Origin: an uncultured Anaerolinea sp. | GTDB taxonomy: Bacteria > Chloroflexota > Anaerolineae > Anaerolineales > Anaerolineaceae | Direction of reading: 5' to 3' | Assembly: GCA_964428125.1 (NCBI GenBank) | Contig: CAYRXB010000009.1 | Coordinates: forward strand, 10,006-74,005 | Length of the DNA stretch: 64,000 bases | Shown here: piece after piece, positions 44,620 to 53,238 of the stretch | Layout of the letters: every line of letters begins with the position of its first letter | Position numbering within the stretch: the first letter of the stretch is position 1 | The notes under the pieces: model-generated | The model's input: only the letters and a program-made list of their open reading frames with translations | Database searches by the model: none | Told to the model about the DNA's origin: nothing | Translations under genes and position numbers: made by a program

Positions 44620-47001
44620 TTACTGTTTTACGCATTGAGGCGGTTTTAAATAGGTGTTCCAGTAACATTGCATATCATTGGCATGATTGTTACAGGTTGT
44701 TTGATCTGTAAAATCACTGCAGGATGGCGGCTGCTGCTGCGGGGGAATCGTTGGGGGGAAGGTCGGTGTGGGTGGAATGATGAGTGCTGAACCGGTGACG
44801 CGCGGCAGGTCAAGCAGATCTCCTACAACGTTGCCGCCTAAAATGGGTACCCAGCAACGCAGGGCATGCTCGTCGCTTGGTGGATCGGGGTCTACCACAC
44901 CGCAGCCCGGTGATGTTGGGGGTTCCGGATCGATGACTCCGATTAATCCAACAGGATCGATGCGGCTGATATGCTGCAGTGTTGGGGGGTCCGGGTCTAT
45001 AATGCCGATCCTGCCCCAGGTGACCTCGTCGTCAATCTTGAAGATGGCTGATTGACCACCAGTTGAATTTCCAGCCATTCCCCAGGTAACCTCGTCATCG
45101 ATTTGAATAAAAGGTGGAACCAGATCGACAGCACAGCTGAGGTAGGGTGAGAGCGGTTTATCTGGTTCGATCTGCACCCACTGCTGCCTAGGGTCAACTG
45201 CCAGGATGGCGTAAGTATCTCCAGTTGACATTCTTCGCAGCGCCCGGTATTCCATACCAGGACCATAATAGCAGTAGTCATCGGCAGTAAATTCATAAGT
45301 CGGGCGGTCGATTATCCCTACCGGGCTGATGGTCCTATCCCAGCCAAAGAGATCTGTTAACGGGGTTGTATCCGTAGCGACAACATCCATTTCGGCAAGC
45401 GTTTTCAAAGTCCGCGGGCGTGACCAAATCCCCGGCATGAGCGGTATGGAGTTGGTCCGGGAATCGGCTGTGATGGATAAACAGAAATTTGTGGCGGGTT
45501 CGGTGATCGGCAGAAAGAACTGGAATTTTCCATCGCTGTCGGTTTTGTCGGTGCCAGCCCAAATTCGTGAAGAGCTGCTGCAGGTTCCATGGAAGAGAGT
45601 AACCCATACATTTGCAATCCCTTCCTCACTTCCTTCGCGAGTGCCATTGGCTGTGATGATGCCGTCACTTCCCATCAAGCACCCTTCAGTGACCATGGCC
45701 GGATCGGTGGAAAGCGTATGGGCACAGTGGTCATCAAAGACAAGACCTTCGAAAGTGGTGTAGGGTACTGTTGGACCGAATTGGTAAGACCAACCAAAAT
45801 CCATATTGTAAAAATAAGCTTCCACATCCGGGAATGTCATTTCCATTGAAGCCTGGCTGGAATCGGTGGCTGGAGAGGTCCACCCACCCGGTACAAGGGC
45901 GCTGATGTTTTCTGAAGCATCCACACTGACGCAGTAGGTGGTATCCGGGAGTACCTCAAAACCGTAGAACCCGTATTCATCGGTAAAAGTGACCCCCAGT
46001 CCGGTTGACGGGCAAGCGCCTTCACCCAGGCGGACCATTACATTGGCAATCCCGGGTTCACCGGGTTCGCGGATGCCATCAGCCACAGCTCTGCCGCCTG
46101 AAGAAACGCAGCCGGCGGGCAGCGGGCTGGGCAGCGGACCGATTTCAGGAACGGAACAAAGGTCTTCCCAGACGCGCCCGGAGATGCCGTTGATCAAGTG
46201 TTCTGGCTCAGGCTCACAACCGCCAGTATTTGTACGGAAAGTGAACGTTGGGGATGCAGGGCCGGTGACACTGCCATCAGCGCTGCGGGCAGCAACCCGC
46301 CAATAGTACCTGGTGCAGTCGGCAAGGATTTCACTTGCTCGTGAACTCGGGTCAGAACTTGGCAGGGAACCCCCCATGTTGCCTGTGGCAAAAGTGGGGT
46401 CGGTGGAAATGTCGAGAAAATAATTGGCGGGTACACAATCTCCGGGGTAATCCCAATACAATGTAGGGTCCAAAGTGGAGACAGTGTCATGGTCGGCAGG
46501 GGACATCAATTCAGGGGCCAGGAATGCAGAGGGATCACAGTTGCTGCCGGTGTAAAAAAGCCTGTAGGATGGGGATGGACCTCGAGACTCGCCTGATAAT
46601 CCAACGACACCCCAAAGGTATTGCTCACCCGGCTGGAGAATGCCTGTAGTGTAACTCGTCGCTTTGCCTGTCAAGACAGCGCCAAGGTCATCGCGGAAGA
46701 AGGGTCCATGAAGGACCTCCACCTTATACTGCTCGGGGATGCACAAAGTTGAGGAGCTGGCATCGGGATATGGAACTTCCGGATAATTCCATGTTAATGA
46801 AGGAGTCAGGCTGTCGACAAGGGCATCCGGGACGGGTCCAGTTAGCACTGGAGCTGCCAGGTAGTCCAGTGGGCAGGTAACTACTGCTGGAGCAGGGTGT
46901 TCGGTTACGGCAGAGGTGGGAGTTGGAGTAACTTTTTCACAAGCGGTAAAGAACAATAATGTAGCGGCTATGAGAACGCAAAGCAAAAGACGGGAATTCA
47001 T
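44620..47001 (-). CDS. Large extracellular lipoprotein with repeated beta-sandwich modules and a Cys-rich C-terminus
   Basis: 793 aa. Lipobox (LLFFTACEK). SdrD-B/CarboxypepD_reg-like modules (ISGRVWEDLC..., YGFYGFEVLPDTTYCVSV, SDGKFQFFLP). Internal IDDEVTWG and IDPxPP repeats. Terminal CSDFTDQTTCNNHANDMQCYW...CVKQ. Confidence 0.65.
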   Translation of the reverse strand: MNSRLLLCVLIAATLLFFTACEKVTPTPTSAVTEHPAPAVVTCPLDYLAAPVLTGPVPDALVDSLTPSLTWNYPEVPYPDASSSTLCIPEQYKVEVLHGPFFRDDLGAVLTGKATSYTTGILQPGEQYLWGVVGLSGESRGPSPSYRLFYTGSNCDPSAFLAPELMSPADHDTVSTLDPTLYWDYPGDCVPANYFLDISTDPTFATGNMGGSLPSSDPSSRASEILADCTRYYWRVAARSADGSVTGPASPTFTFRTNTGGCEPEPEHLINGISGRVWEDLCSVPEIGPLPSPLPAGCVSSGGRAVADGIREPGEPGIANVMVRLGEGACPSTGLGVTFTDEYGFYGFEVLPDTTYCVSVDASENISALVPGGWTSPATDSSQASMEMTFPDVEAYFYNMDFGWSYQFGPTVPYTTFEGLVFDDHCAHTLSTDPAMVTEGCLMGSDGIITANGTREGSEEGIANVWVTLFHGTCSSSSRIWAGTDKTDSDGKFQFFLPITEPATNFCLSITADSRTNSIPLMPGIWSRPRTLKTLAEMDVVATDTTPLTDLFGWDRTISPVGIIDRPTYEFTADDYCYYGPGMEYRALRRMSTGDTYAILAVDPRQQWVQIEPDKPLSPYLSCAVDLVPPFIQIDDEVTWGMAGNSTGGQSAIFKIDDEVTWGRIGIIDPDPPTLQHISRIDPVGLIGVIDPEPPTSPGCGVVDPDPPSDEHALRCWVPILGGNVVGDLLDLPRVTGSALIIPPTPTFPPTIPPQQQPPSCSDFTDQTTCNNHANDMQCYWNTYLKPPQCVKQ

Positions 47002-47213
47002 ATTTCCCTCCGTTCTCCATCTTTTAGTTGTATAGACAAATAATACGACTTTTGAGCAATGAATTCAATTTGTGTTGATGAAACCTTTGCGGCAACATTA
47101 ACAGGAATTACGTATTATTTATCATTGTTTTCCGTACTGCTACGAATATCAATTCCATCTTAATTTTCTATACTGATTATGGATGTACAAGGTGACTGTT
47201 TTAACAATGTGGT

Positions 47214-47294
47214 CAGGCTTGATGAAGCAAAGATGAAAAATTTTTCAAATTCATTTTTATTTTTATTCCCTGCATCTTTGCTTCATCCAGGCTT
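47214..47294. repeat. Miniature inverted-repeat unit flanked by a 7-bp direct repeat
   Basis: CAGGCTT (47214-47220), GATGAAGCAAAGATG (47221-47235), a 37-nt AT-rich core, CATCTTTGCTTCATC (47273-47287), then CAGGCTT (47288-47294). The arms match 15/15. Confidence 0.6.
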
Positions 47295-47431
47295 GTCTGA
47301 AGGGAGGGATGAACTCTCTGCCATCTAAAATGATAAGGGTAGGCCTGTAGGCAACCAAAAAAATCTGCCTTAGTGTAATCAATAACGGATTTCTCCCCGG
47401 GAATTCATAAGGTAAAAGCTGGGGGTTTCGA

Positions 47432-47466
47432 GGGCTAATGCAGCTGCCATTAGCCCTTTTATTTTG
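47432..47466 (+). terminator. Terminator-like hairpin whose U-tract is on the plus strand
   Basis: GGGCTAATG-cagctgc-CATTAGCCC followed by TTTTATTTTG. It lies 12 nt beyond the stop of the minus-strand GGDEF gene, but there is no T-run on the minus strand. Confidence 0.5.
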
Positions 47467-47477
47467 ATCTTTTAGAT

Positions 47478-48893
47478 TTAATTCGCGAAAGCTTGTAATG
47501 GGTGGGTTTTGGATTTACTGGAGATGACCAGGTGCGCCATAGTTGCGGAGCAATTCATCATCACTTTATTGCGGCCGGCCTTTTTTGCCTTGTAAAGTGC
47601 TTTGTCGGAAGCAACAAATAGATCAACAAGTGTCATTTTATTATTTGCTGTAGTATCCAGACAGGCAACACCAGCGCTGATGGTGATCTGCAGATCGCCG
47701 CATGATGTGCGGAATAAAAAGCTTTCCGTATGTTTGCGTATCTTTTCAGCAGCTTTTACCGCTCCATCTGCGTCAGTTTCAGGGAAGAGGAAACAAAATT
47801 CTTCGCCGCCATATCTCCCGATCACATCAGCAGAACGGAGATGACTTTTACACAACTCCACAAATTGCTTCAGGATCTCATCACCAGCAGGGTGACCAAA
47901 TGTATCGTTAATATTCTTAAAATGGTCGATATCAATGATCATCAGGGATAACGGTCTGGAATATCGATTGGCTCTTGAGATTTCCTTTTCTGCGATGTTA
48001 ATGAAATGCCGCCGATTGTAACAACTGGTTAATGAATCATAAATCGCCATCTGCTCGATCTGCTCATACAGTTCTTTGCGTTCAGTGATCTCGGTAGTCA
48101 CGCAAATCACTTGCCCTTCACCTGAACCCGTTTTGGCTAATAGAGCAATTCTTCCTTCAAACCACAACTTGTGCCCGTTATTAAACGACATCTGATATTC
48201 AATGATCTGGGTTTGTTCGGTGAGGAGAGCTGCCTGGATTGCTTTCATTTTTAGGTCTACCACATCAGGAGGAAGAAACTCGCTGATGTTTTTTCCGAGC
48301 ATTTCACCTGGCGGGGCGATGAGGAAATTGAATTCGTTTGAAAAGATCTCGAGGTATGTTCCTTTTTCATCATACACAAATGTCATGTTTGGCAGAGCTT
48401 TAATCAATCCATTCAGTTTTGCTTCCCGTTCCTTCAGCTGTAATTGGGATTGGTTTAATTCCACCAGGCGTTTATCTAATTCCGTGTTCGCTTTTTCCAA
48501 TTCCTTTTGGAGGTGGTGGATGGATATTTGTGATGATACTCTGGCCAGGGTCTCCTGGATCTCGAATGGCTTGACAATATAATCAACTGCGCCAGCCTTA
48601 AACGCTTGAAGCCGATCCTCAGTGGATTCGAGCGCGCTCATGAAGATCACTGGTATTGAGGATGTTGAGGTCTCTTCTTTCAATTGTTTGCATAAAGTTA
48701 TGCCGTCAGTACCTGGCATCCTAACATCCATTAAAACTAAAGAGGGGTGTAGTGATTGACAAAGGGGAATTAAATCCTTGCTATCGGTGGTTGTTCTTAC
48801 CTGGTATCCATCCTTGGATAGGATCCTGGTGAGTAAAACAAGGTTTTCCTCAACATCATCGATCGCGAGAATCAGGTTTTTGCTTTGGTCCAT
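47478..48893 (-). CDS. Response regulator with PAS and GGDEF domains (diguanylate cyclase)
   Basis: REC (LILAIDDVEENL...LVLMDVRMPGTDG...KPF), coiled coil, PAS, GGDEF domain with active-site GGEEF and I-site RSAD 5 residues upstream. The track start 48905 is GTG; ATG 48893 (MDQSKN) is preferred. Confidence 0.9.
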   Translation of the reverse strand: MDQSKNLILAIDDVEENLVLLTRILSKDGYQVRTTTDSKDLIPLCQSLHPSLVLMDVRMPGTDGITLCKQLKEETSTSSIPVIFMSALESTEDRLQAFKAGAVDYIVKPFEIQETLARVSSQISIHHLQKELEKANTELDKRLVELNQSQLQLKEREAKLNGLIKALPNMTFVYDEKGTYLEIFSNEFNFLIAPPGEMLGKNISEFLPPDVVDLKMKAIQAALLTEQTQIIEYQMSFNNGHKLWFEGRIALLAKTGSGEGQVICVTTEITERKELYEQIEQMAIYDSLTSCYNRRHFINIAEKEISRANRYSRPLSLMIIDIDHFKNINDTFGHPAGDEILKQFVELCKSHLRSADVIGRYGGEEFCFLFPETDADGAVKAAEKIRKHTESFLFRTSCGDLQITISAGVACLDTTANNKMTLVDLFVASDKALYKAKKAGRNKVMMNCSATMAHLVISSKSKTHPLQAFAN

Positions 48894-49315
48894 AAGTAAT
48901 CTCACAAGAAGTAGAAATCAACCTGCCGTAGATTTACATACCGACTAATTTCTGGTAATTCCAAATTAACTTTAGTGAAAATGCTGCTGGATTGATATTC
49001 GTTTAATTACTTAATCGCTAATGAAAAGGATACTTAATGAAAACCTTGTTGCTTTTTCAGGTTAGTTGAGCAATTACGAAATTTATCTGAAAAAAAAGAT
49101 TAAGTAGAAATACGTACTTGTATTTCATCCAGTCAATTGCAATAATACTTAAGCGAAGAGAATTATAAAAAAATTGAATCAATGAACGCATTTTCAAGCG
49201 CACGATCAAAAAGGTGTTTAAATTTCATTTTTAGGTCTTGTCTCTAATGATCCCTTTTTTTATCTTCTTTTTACAGTGGTTATTTACGTGAAATCGATCC
49301 CAAAAGGGGGATACC

Positions 49316-52300
49316 ATGGAAAAACCGAAAGCCATCCTGATAATAGATGATCTTTCACTGATTACTGAGAAGGTTCAAAAAGAAATTAAGGAAGCAGGCT
49401 ATTCGATTTCCCGAACTACTGAGGAAACGCATACCGAAAAGACTATCAAGGAGTCCGCTCCAGATGTCGTGATGATTAGGTATGGCAGCGACAATAAAAA
49501 AGGGTGGATGGACACCTGTAAAAAGATACGAAAAAGTGGGACCTTAGGAATTATTACCTTGATCGCTAAAGACGATCTTATTAGTGACCTGGAATATCGC
49601 GAGTTGGAACAAATGTCAGATGACATCATCGAATTCCCACTGCCAGAACGAGAAGTCCTCGGAAGGATCAAACTGGTATTGCAGCTGAAGAAAGCCCAAC
49701 TGGCACTTCAGGAAAGCGATGACCGTTACCGTGCCGGCTTTGAGAACCTGCCGCTTGGCTACCAATCCCTTGATATCAATGGGAATTTCCTCGAGGTGAA
49801 TCACGCCTGGTTGAGGACATTAGGATACGAACGCGATGAAGTGATCGGAAAGTGGTTTGGAGATTTTTTGGCGGCAGATCAAAAGGAGCTATTCAAAACA
49901 AGGTTTCCAATCTTTAAAGCAAAAGGCGAAGTGATTGGCGTCGATTTCGAAATGGTCCGAAAGGATGGGACGCATATTTTTGTAACATTCGATGGAAAAA
50001 TCGGATACGATTCCCTGGGACAATTCAAACAGACACACTGCATTCTCTCAGATGTGACAGAAAAGAAAAAAGCGGAAATCGCCCTGAAGGAAAGTGAAGA
50101 GAAATTCCGGTTGTTGGTGGATAATGCCGGTGTTGGTGTAGGATATTACGACAAAAAAGGTAAGGTGCAATACTTTAATTCCAAGGCCCTTCAATTCATG
50201 GGCGGACAATTGATGGATTATGTGGGAAAAAATACAATTGAACTTTATGGACCAAAATTTGGGGCGGAAATTCTCAAGCGTATTAAAAAGGCATCAAAGA
50301 CCGATGTTACTGCAATTTATGATGACCTGGTGGATATGCCATCAGGAAAATATTGGTTTCACTCAAGTTACTCCAGGATCCTGGACAGCGAAGGAAACCT
50401 GGAGGGCGTTCAGATCATATCAGATGACATCACCGAGCAAAAAATTGCTGAAGAAAAACTTAAAGTAAGTGAGGAGCAGTTCCGTACAGTTTTTGAAAAC
50501 TCAGGGGTTGGAAAATCCTTGACCATGATCACTGGAGAAATCCGCTGCAATAAAGCGCTGGCGAAGATGCTGGGGTACAGCCAGGAAGAATTGAATAAAA
50601 TGACCTGGCAGCAGGTAACCCCTCCAGAAGATGTTTCATCAATTTCGGAATACTTGAAACCGTTATTAAACAATGAGATTGATATTTTGCGTTTCAATAA
50701 AAGATATCTATGCAGGGATGGATCAACCCTCTGGTGTGACGTAAATGTAGCCTTGCGCCGCGATGAAGACGGGAAACCATTACATTTTATTACCACCGTT
50801 GTGGATATTACTGAAAGAAAGAAAGCGGAAGAAGCATTATGGGAAGTACAGCGCCAACTGCAAACTCTGATGAATAACCTTCCCGGCATGGCTTATCGCA
50901 GTAAGGTTGATGAAACCTGGACTATGACCTTTGTCAGCGACTATTGTTTAGAGCTGACGGGTTACCAACCATATGACCTGATTAATAATAAAAAGATCTC
51001 GTATGAAAAAATAATCCACCCTGAAGATCTACAATTGGTCCAAGAAAATGCAACCACAGCACCAGATGGAAAATTCCAGCTTACTTACCGAATCATCACA
51101 GCGGATGGACAAACCAAGTGGGTTATGGAGCAGGGACAGCGCTACTTCGATCAAGTGAGTGGTGAAACCTTTTACGAAGGATTCATCACAGATATCAGTA
51201 AACAGAAGAGTGCTGAAGATGCGATACAGCAAAGTTATGATCTGCTGGCATTATTTGTAAAACATTCTCCAGTGTATGCCTATGTGAAAGAGGTAAGTAA
51301 AACAAAAAGCCGGGTAGTTTTTGCCAGTGAAAATTTCATCGATATGATCGGAATTCCTGGTTCACAAATGGCGGGCAAATCCATGGAGGAGTTATTCCCA
51401 CTGGAGTTTGCTGCCAAGATGACAGCAGATGATTGGTCGGTGGTTTCCAAAGGAGAAAACCTTACCATTGAAGAAGAACTTAATGACCGCAGTTATTTCA
51501 CCATTAAATACCCGATTCGGTTTGGCGACCGTAATTTGTTGGCTGGATACACAGTTGATATTACGGCGTTGAAGCAAACTGAAAAAGCACTTAAATCGAT
51601 TACTACTCGCCAGGAAGCCCTGCTTGGAGCCATCCCCGACATATTAATGGAGGTTAATGTTGACAAGGTTTACACCTGGGCTAACCCAGCTGGCCTGGAT
51701 TTCTTTGGTGAGGATGTAGTTGGACATGAAGCGAAAGAATACTTCGTTGGGGAACAAAAGACATATGATAAGGTCCAACCGCTTTTTAGAGGTGATGAAC
51801 ACACGGTCTATATAGAAAGCTGGCAAAAGCGGAAGGATGGTGAAAAACGTTTACTTGCCTGGTGGTGCCGGGTGCTTAAGGATGCAGATGGAAATCCAAT
51901 AGGAAGCCTTTCAACAGCCAGGGACATCACCGACGAACGGATGGCACAAGAAGAGATCATCGCCCTGAATACCCGCCTTGAGCAACGAGTGGAAGAACGT
52001 ACCCGCGAATTGCGTGAAGCCCAGGAAAAGATCGTGAAACAGGAGAAATTGGCGTTATTGGGTCAATTGGCTGGGGGTGTGGGGCATGAATTACGCAATC
52101 CGTTGGGGGTCATCACGAATGCATTGTATTATTTGCGAATGGTTACGCCAGACGCTGATGAAAAGGTGAAAAAATACCTTGGGATGATCGAAACCGAGAC
52201 GCATAACGCTGAAAAGATCATTTCTGACCTGTTGGAGTTTGCCCGCACCAAATCGGTTGAAAGGCAACCGACTGCTGTGAGTGACTTAATTAAACGGGCT

Positions 52301-52714
52301 CTGTTACGGCGACCGACGCCAATGAATATAAATCTATCTGTCAACGCACCTGAGGGACTCCCACCAGTTTTTGTGGACCCGCGCCATATCGAACAGATCC
52401 TTGAAAACCTCATTGTGAATGCTTACCAGGCAATGCCTGAAGGAGGAAAATTAACTTTCACGGTAAAACCCCGGAAAAAAGGAAACCTTCAGTATCTCTG
52501 CATCCATGTGAAAGATTCAGGGATAGGGATCTCAAGCGAGGATTTATCAAAAATCTTTGAGCCATTATTTACTACCAAACCCAAAGGGATTGGCCTGGGT
52601 CTGGCTGTTTGCAGGAAACTCGCAGAAATCAATGATGGAGCCATATTTGCAGAAAGTGAGCCTGGCAAAGGAGCGGAATTTATTCTCGAATTACCGGTGT
52701 GGGAAGAAAAATGA
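49316..52714 (+). CDS. Sensor histidine kinase with N-terminal pseudo-receiver and six PAS/PAC domains
   Basis: 1132 aa. REC-like N-terminus; six PAS units, each ending D(I/V)T(E/A)xK; coiled coil EERTRELREAQEKI; H-box GHELRNPLGVITNA; HATPase_c (NLIVNAYQAM, DSGIGI, GIGLGLAV). Confidence 0.9.
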   Translation: MEKPKAILIIDDLSLITEKVQKEIKEAGYSISRTTEETHTEKTIKESAPDVVMIRYGSDNKKGWMDTCKKIRKSGTLGIITLIAKDDLISDLEYRELEQMSDDIIEFPLPEREVLGRIKLVLQLKKAQLALQESDDRYRAGFENLPLGYQSLDINGNFLEVNHAWLRTLGYERDEVIGKWFGDFLAADQKELFKTRFPIFKAKGEVIGVDFEMVRKDGTHIFVTFDGKIGYDSLGQFKQTHCILSDVTEKKKAEIALKESEEKFRLLVDNAGVGVGYYDKKGKVQYFNSKALQFMGGQLMDYVGKNTIELYGPKFGAEILKRIKKASKTDVTAIYDDLVDMPSGKYWFHSSYSRILDSEGNLEGVQIISDDITEQKIAEEKLKVSEEQFRTVFENSGVGKSLTMITGEIRCNKALAKMLGYSQEELNKMTWQQVTPPEDVSSISEYLKPLLNNEIDILRFNKRYLCRDGSTLWCDVNVALRRDEDGKPLHFITTVVDITERKKAEEALWEVQRQLQTLMNNLPGMAYRSKVDETWTMTFVSDYCLELTGYQPYDLINNKKISYEKIIHPEDLQLVQENATTAPDGKFQLTYRIITADGQTKWVMEQGQRYFDQVSGETFYEGFITDISKQKSAEDAIQQSYDLLALFVKHSPVYAYVKEVSKTKSRVVFASENFIDMIGIPGSQMAGKSMEELFPLEFAAKMTADDWSVVSKGENLTIEEELNDRSYFTIKYPIRFGDRNLLAGYTVDITALKQTEKALKSITTRQEALLGAIPDILMEVNVDKVYTWANPAGLDFFGEDVVGHEAKEYFVGEQKTYDKVQPLFRGDEHTVYIESWQKRKDGEKRLLAWWCRVLKDADGNPIGSLSTARDITDERMAQEEIIALNTRLEQRVEERTRELREAQEKIVKQEKLALLGQLAGGVGHELRNPLGVITNALYYLRMVTPDADEKVKKYLGMIETETHNAEKIISDLLEFARTKSVERQPTAVSDLIKRALLRRPTPMNINLSVNAPEGLPPVFVDPRHIEQILENLIVNAYQAMPEGGKLTFTVKPRKKGNLQYLCIHVKDSGIGISSEDLSKIFEPLFTTKPKGIGLGLAVCRKLAEINDGAIFAESEPGKGAEFILELPVWEEK

Positions 52715-53103
52715 ACAATCCTCTCAAAATTCTTGTCGTGGATGATCACCTGGGGATCTGTATTACCATCCGGGATATCCTTCACAATTTTGGTTATGAC
52801 GTTGAAATCGCTGAAAATGGTTTTGAAGGATTGGCACTGATCTCGCAAGGATTTGATTGCGTGATCAGTGACTTAGTAATGCCCGGGATGAATGGGGTTG
52901 ATTTTCGCAACAAGGTGATCGAACAGATTGGCGTCATTCCATTCATATTTATTACTGCTTATGCTGAACCGAAAGTCCTTTCGCAGGTCAATCAACTGGA
53001 AGGAACTAGTCTGATCGAGAAACCGATCACAATTTCAGGATTAATCAATATCTTGAATGGACTTTTTCCTCAGAAAACCACTGACCAGAATTTCGAGATT
53101 TAA
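52711..53103 (+). CDS. Single-domain response regulator (CheY-like)
   Basis: 130 aa from ATG 52711 (ATGA overlap with the upstream stop). ILVVDDHLG...CVISDLVMPGMNG...FITAY...KPI. No output domain. Confidence 0.88.
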   Translation: MNNPLKILVVDDHLGICITIRDILHNFGYDVEIAENGFEGLALISQGFDCVISDLVMPGMNGVDFRNKVIEQIGVIPFIFITAYAEPKVLSQVNQLEGTSLIEKPITISGLINILNGLFPQKTTDQNFEI

Positions 53104-53238
53104 TATTTCGGATAGGAGAATATTGTCTATAATTAACTTAAATGGGTTTTTTAATTTGGGAATTATTACCCAATTAAGTAACCCTGTTTCTTCAGCACAT
53201 TAAAGAAATCCCACTTATTTGTTCTTTAAAGGACAAGG

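Noticed and set aside
47432-47466. Simple terminator of the minus-strand GGDEF gene
   Set aside because: Not fully rejected. The U-tract lies on the plus strand and the minus-strand side of the hairpin is followed by CGAAACCCC. I therefore recorded the orientation anomaly as a low-interest finding rather than assigning it confidently to the GGDEF gene.
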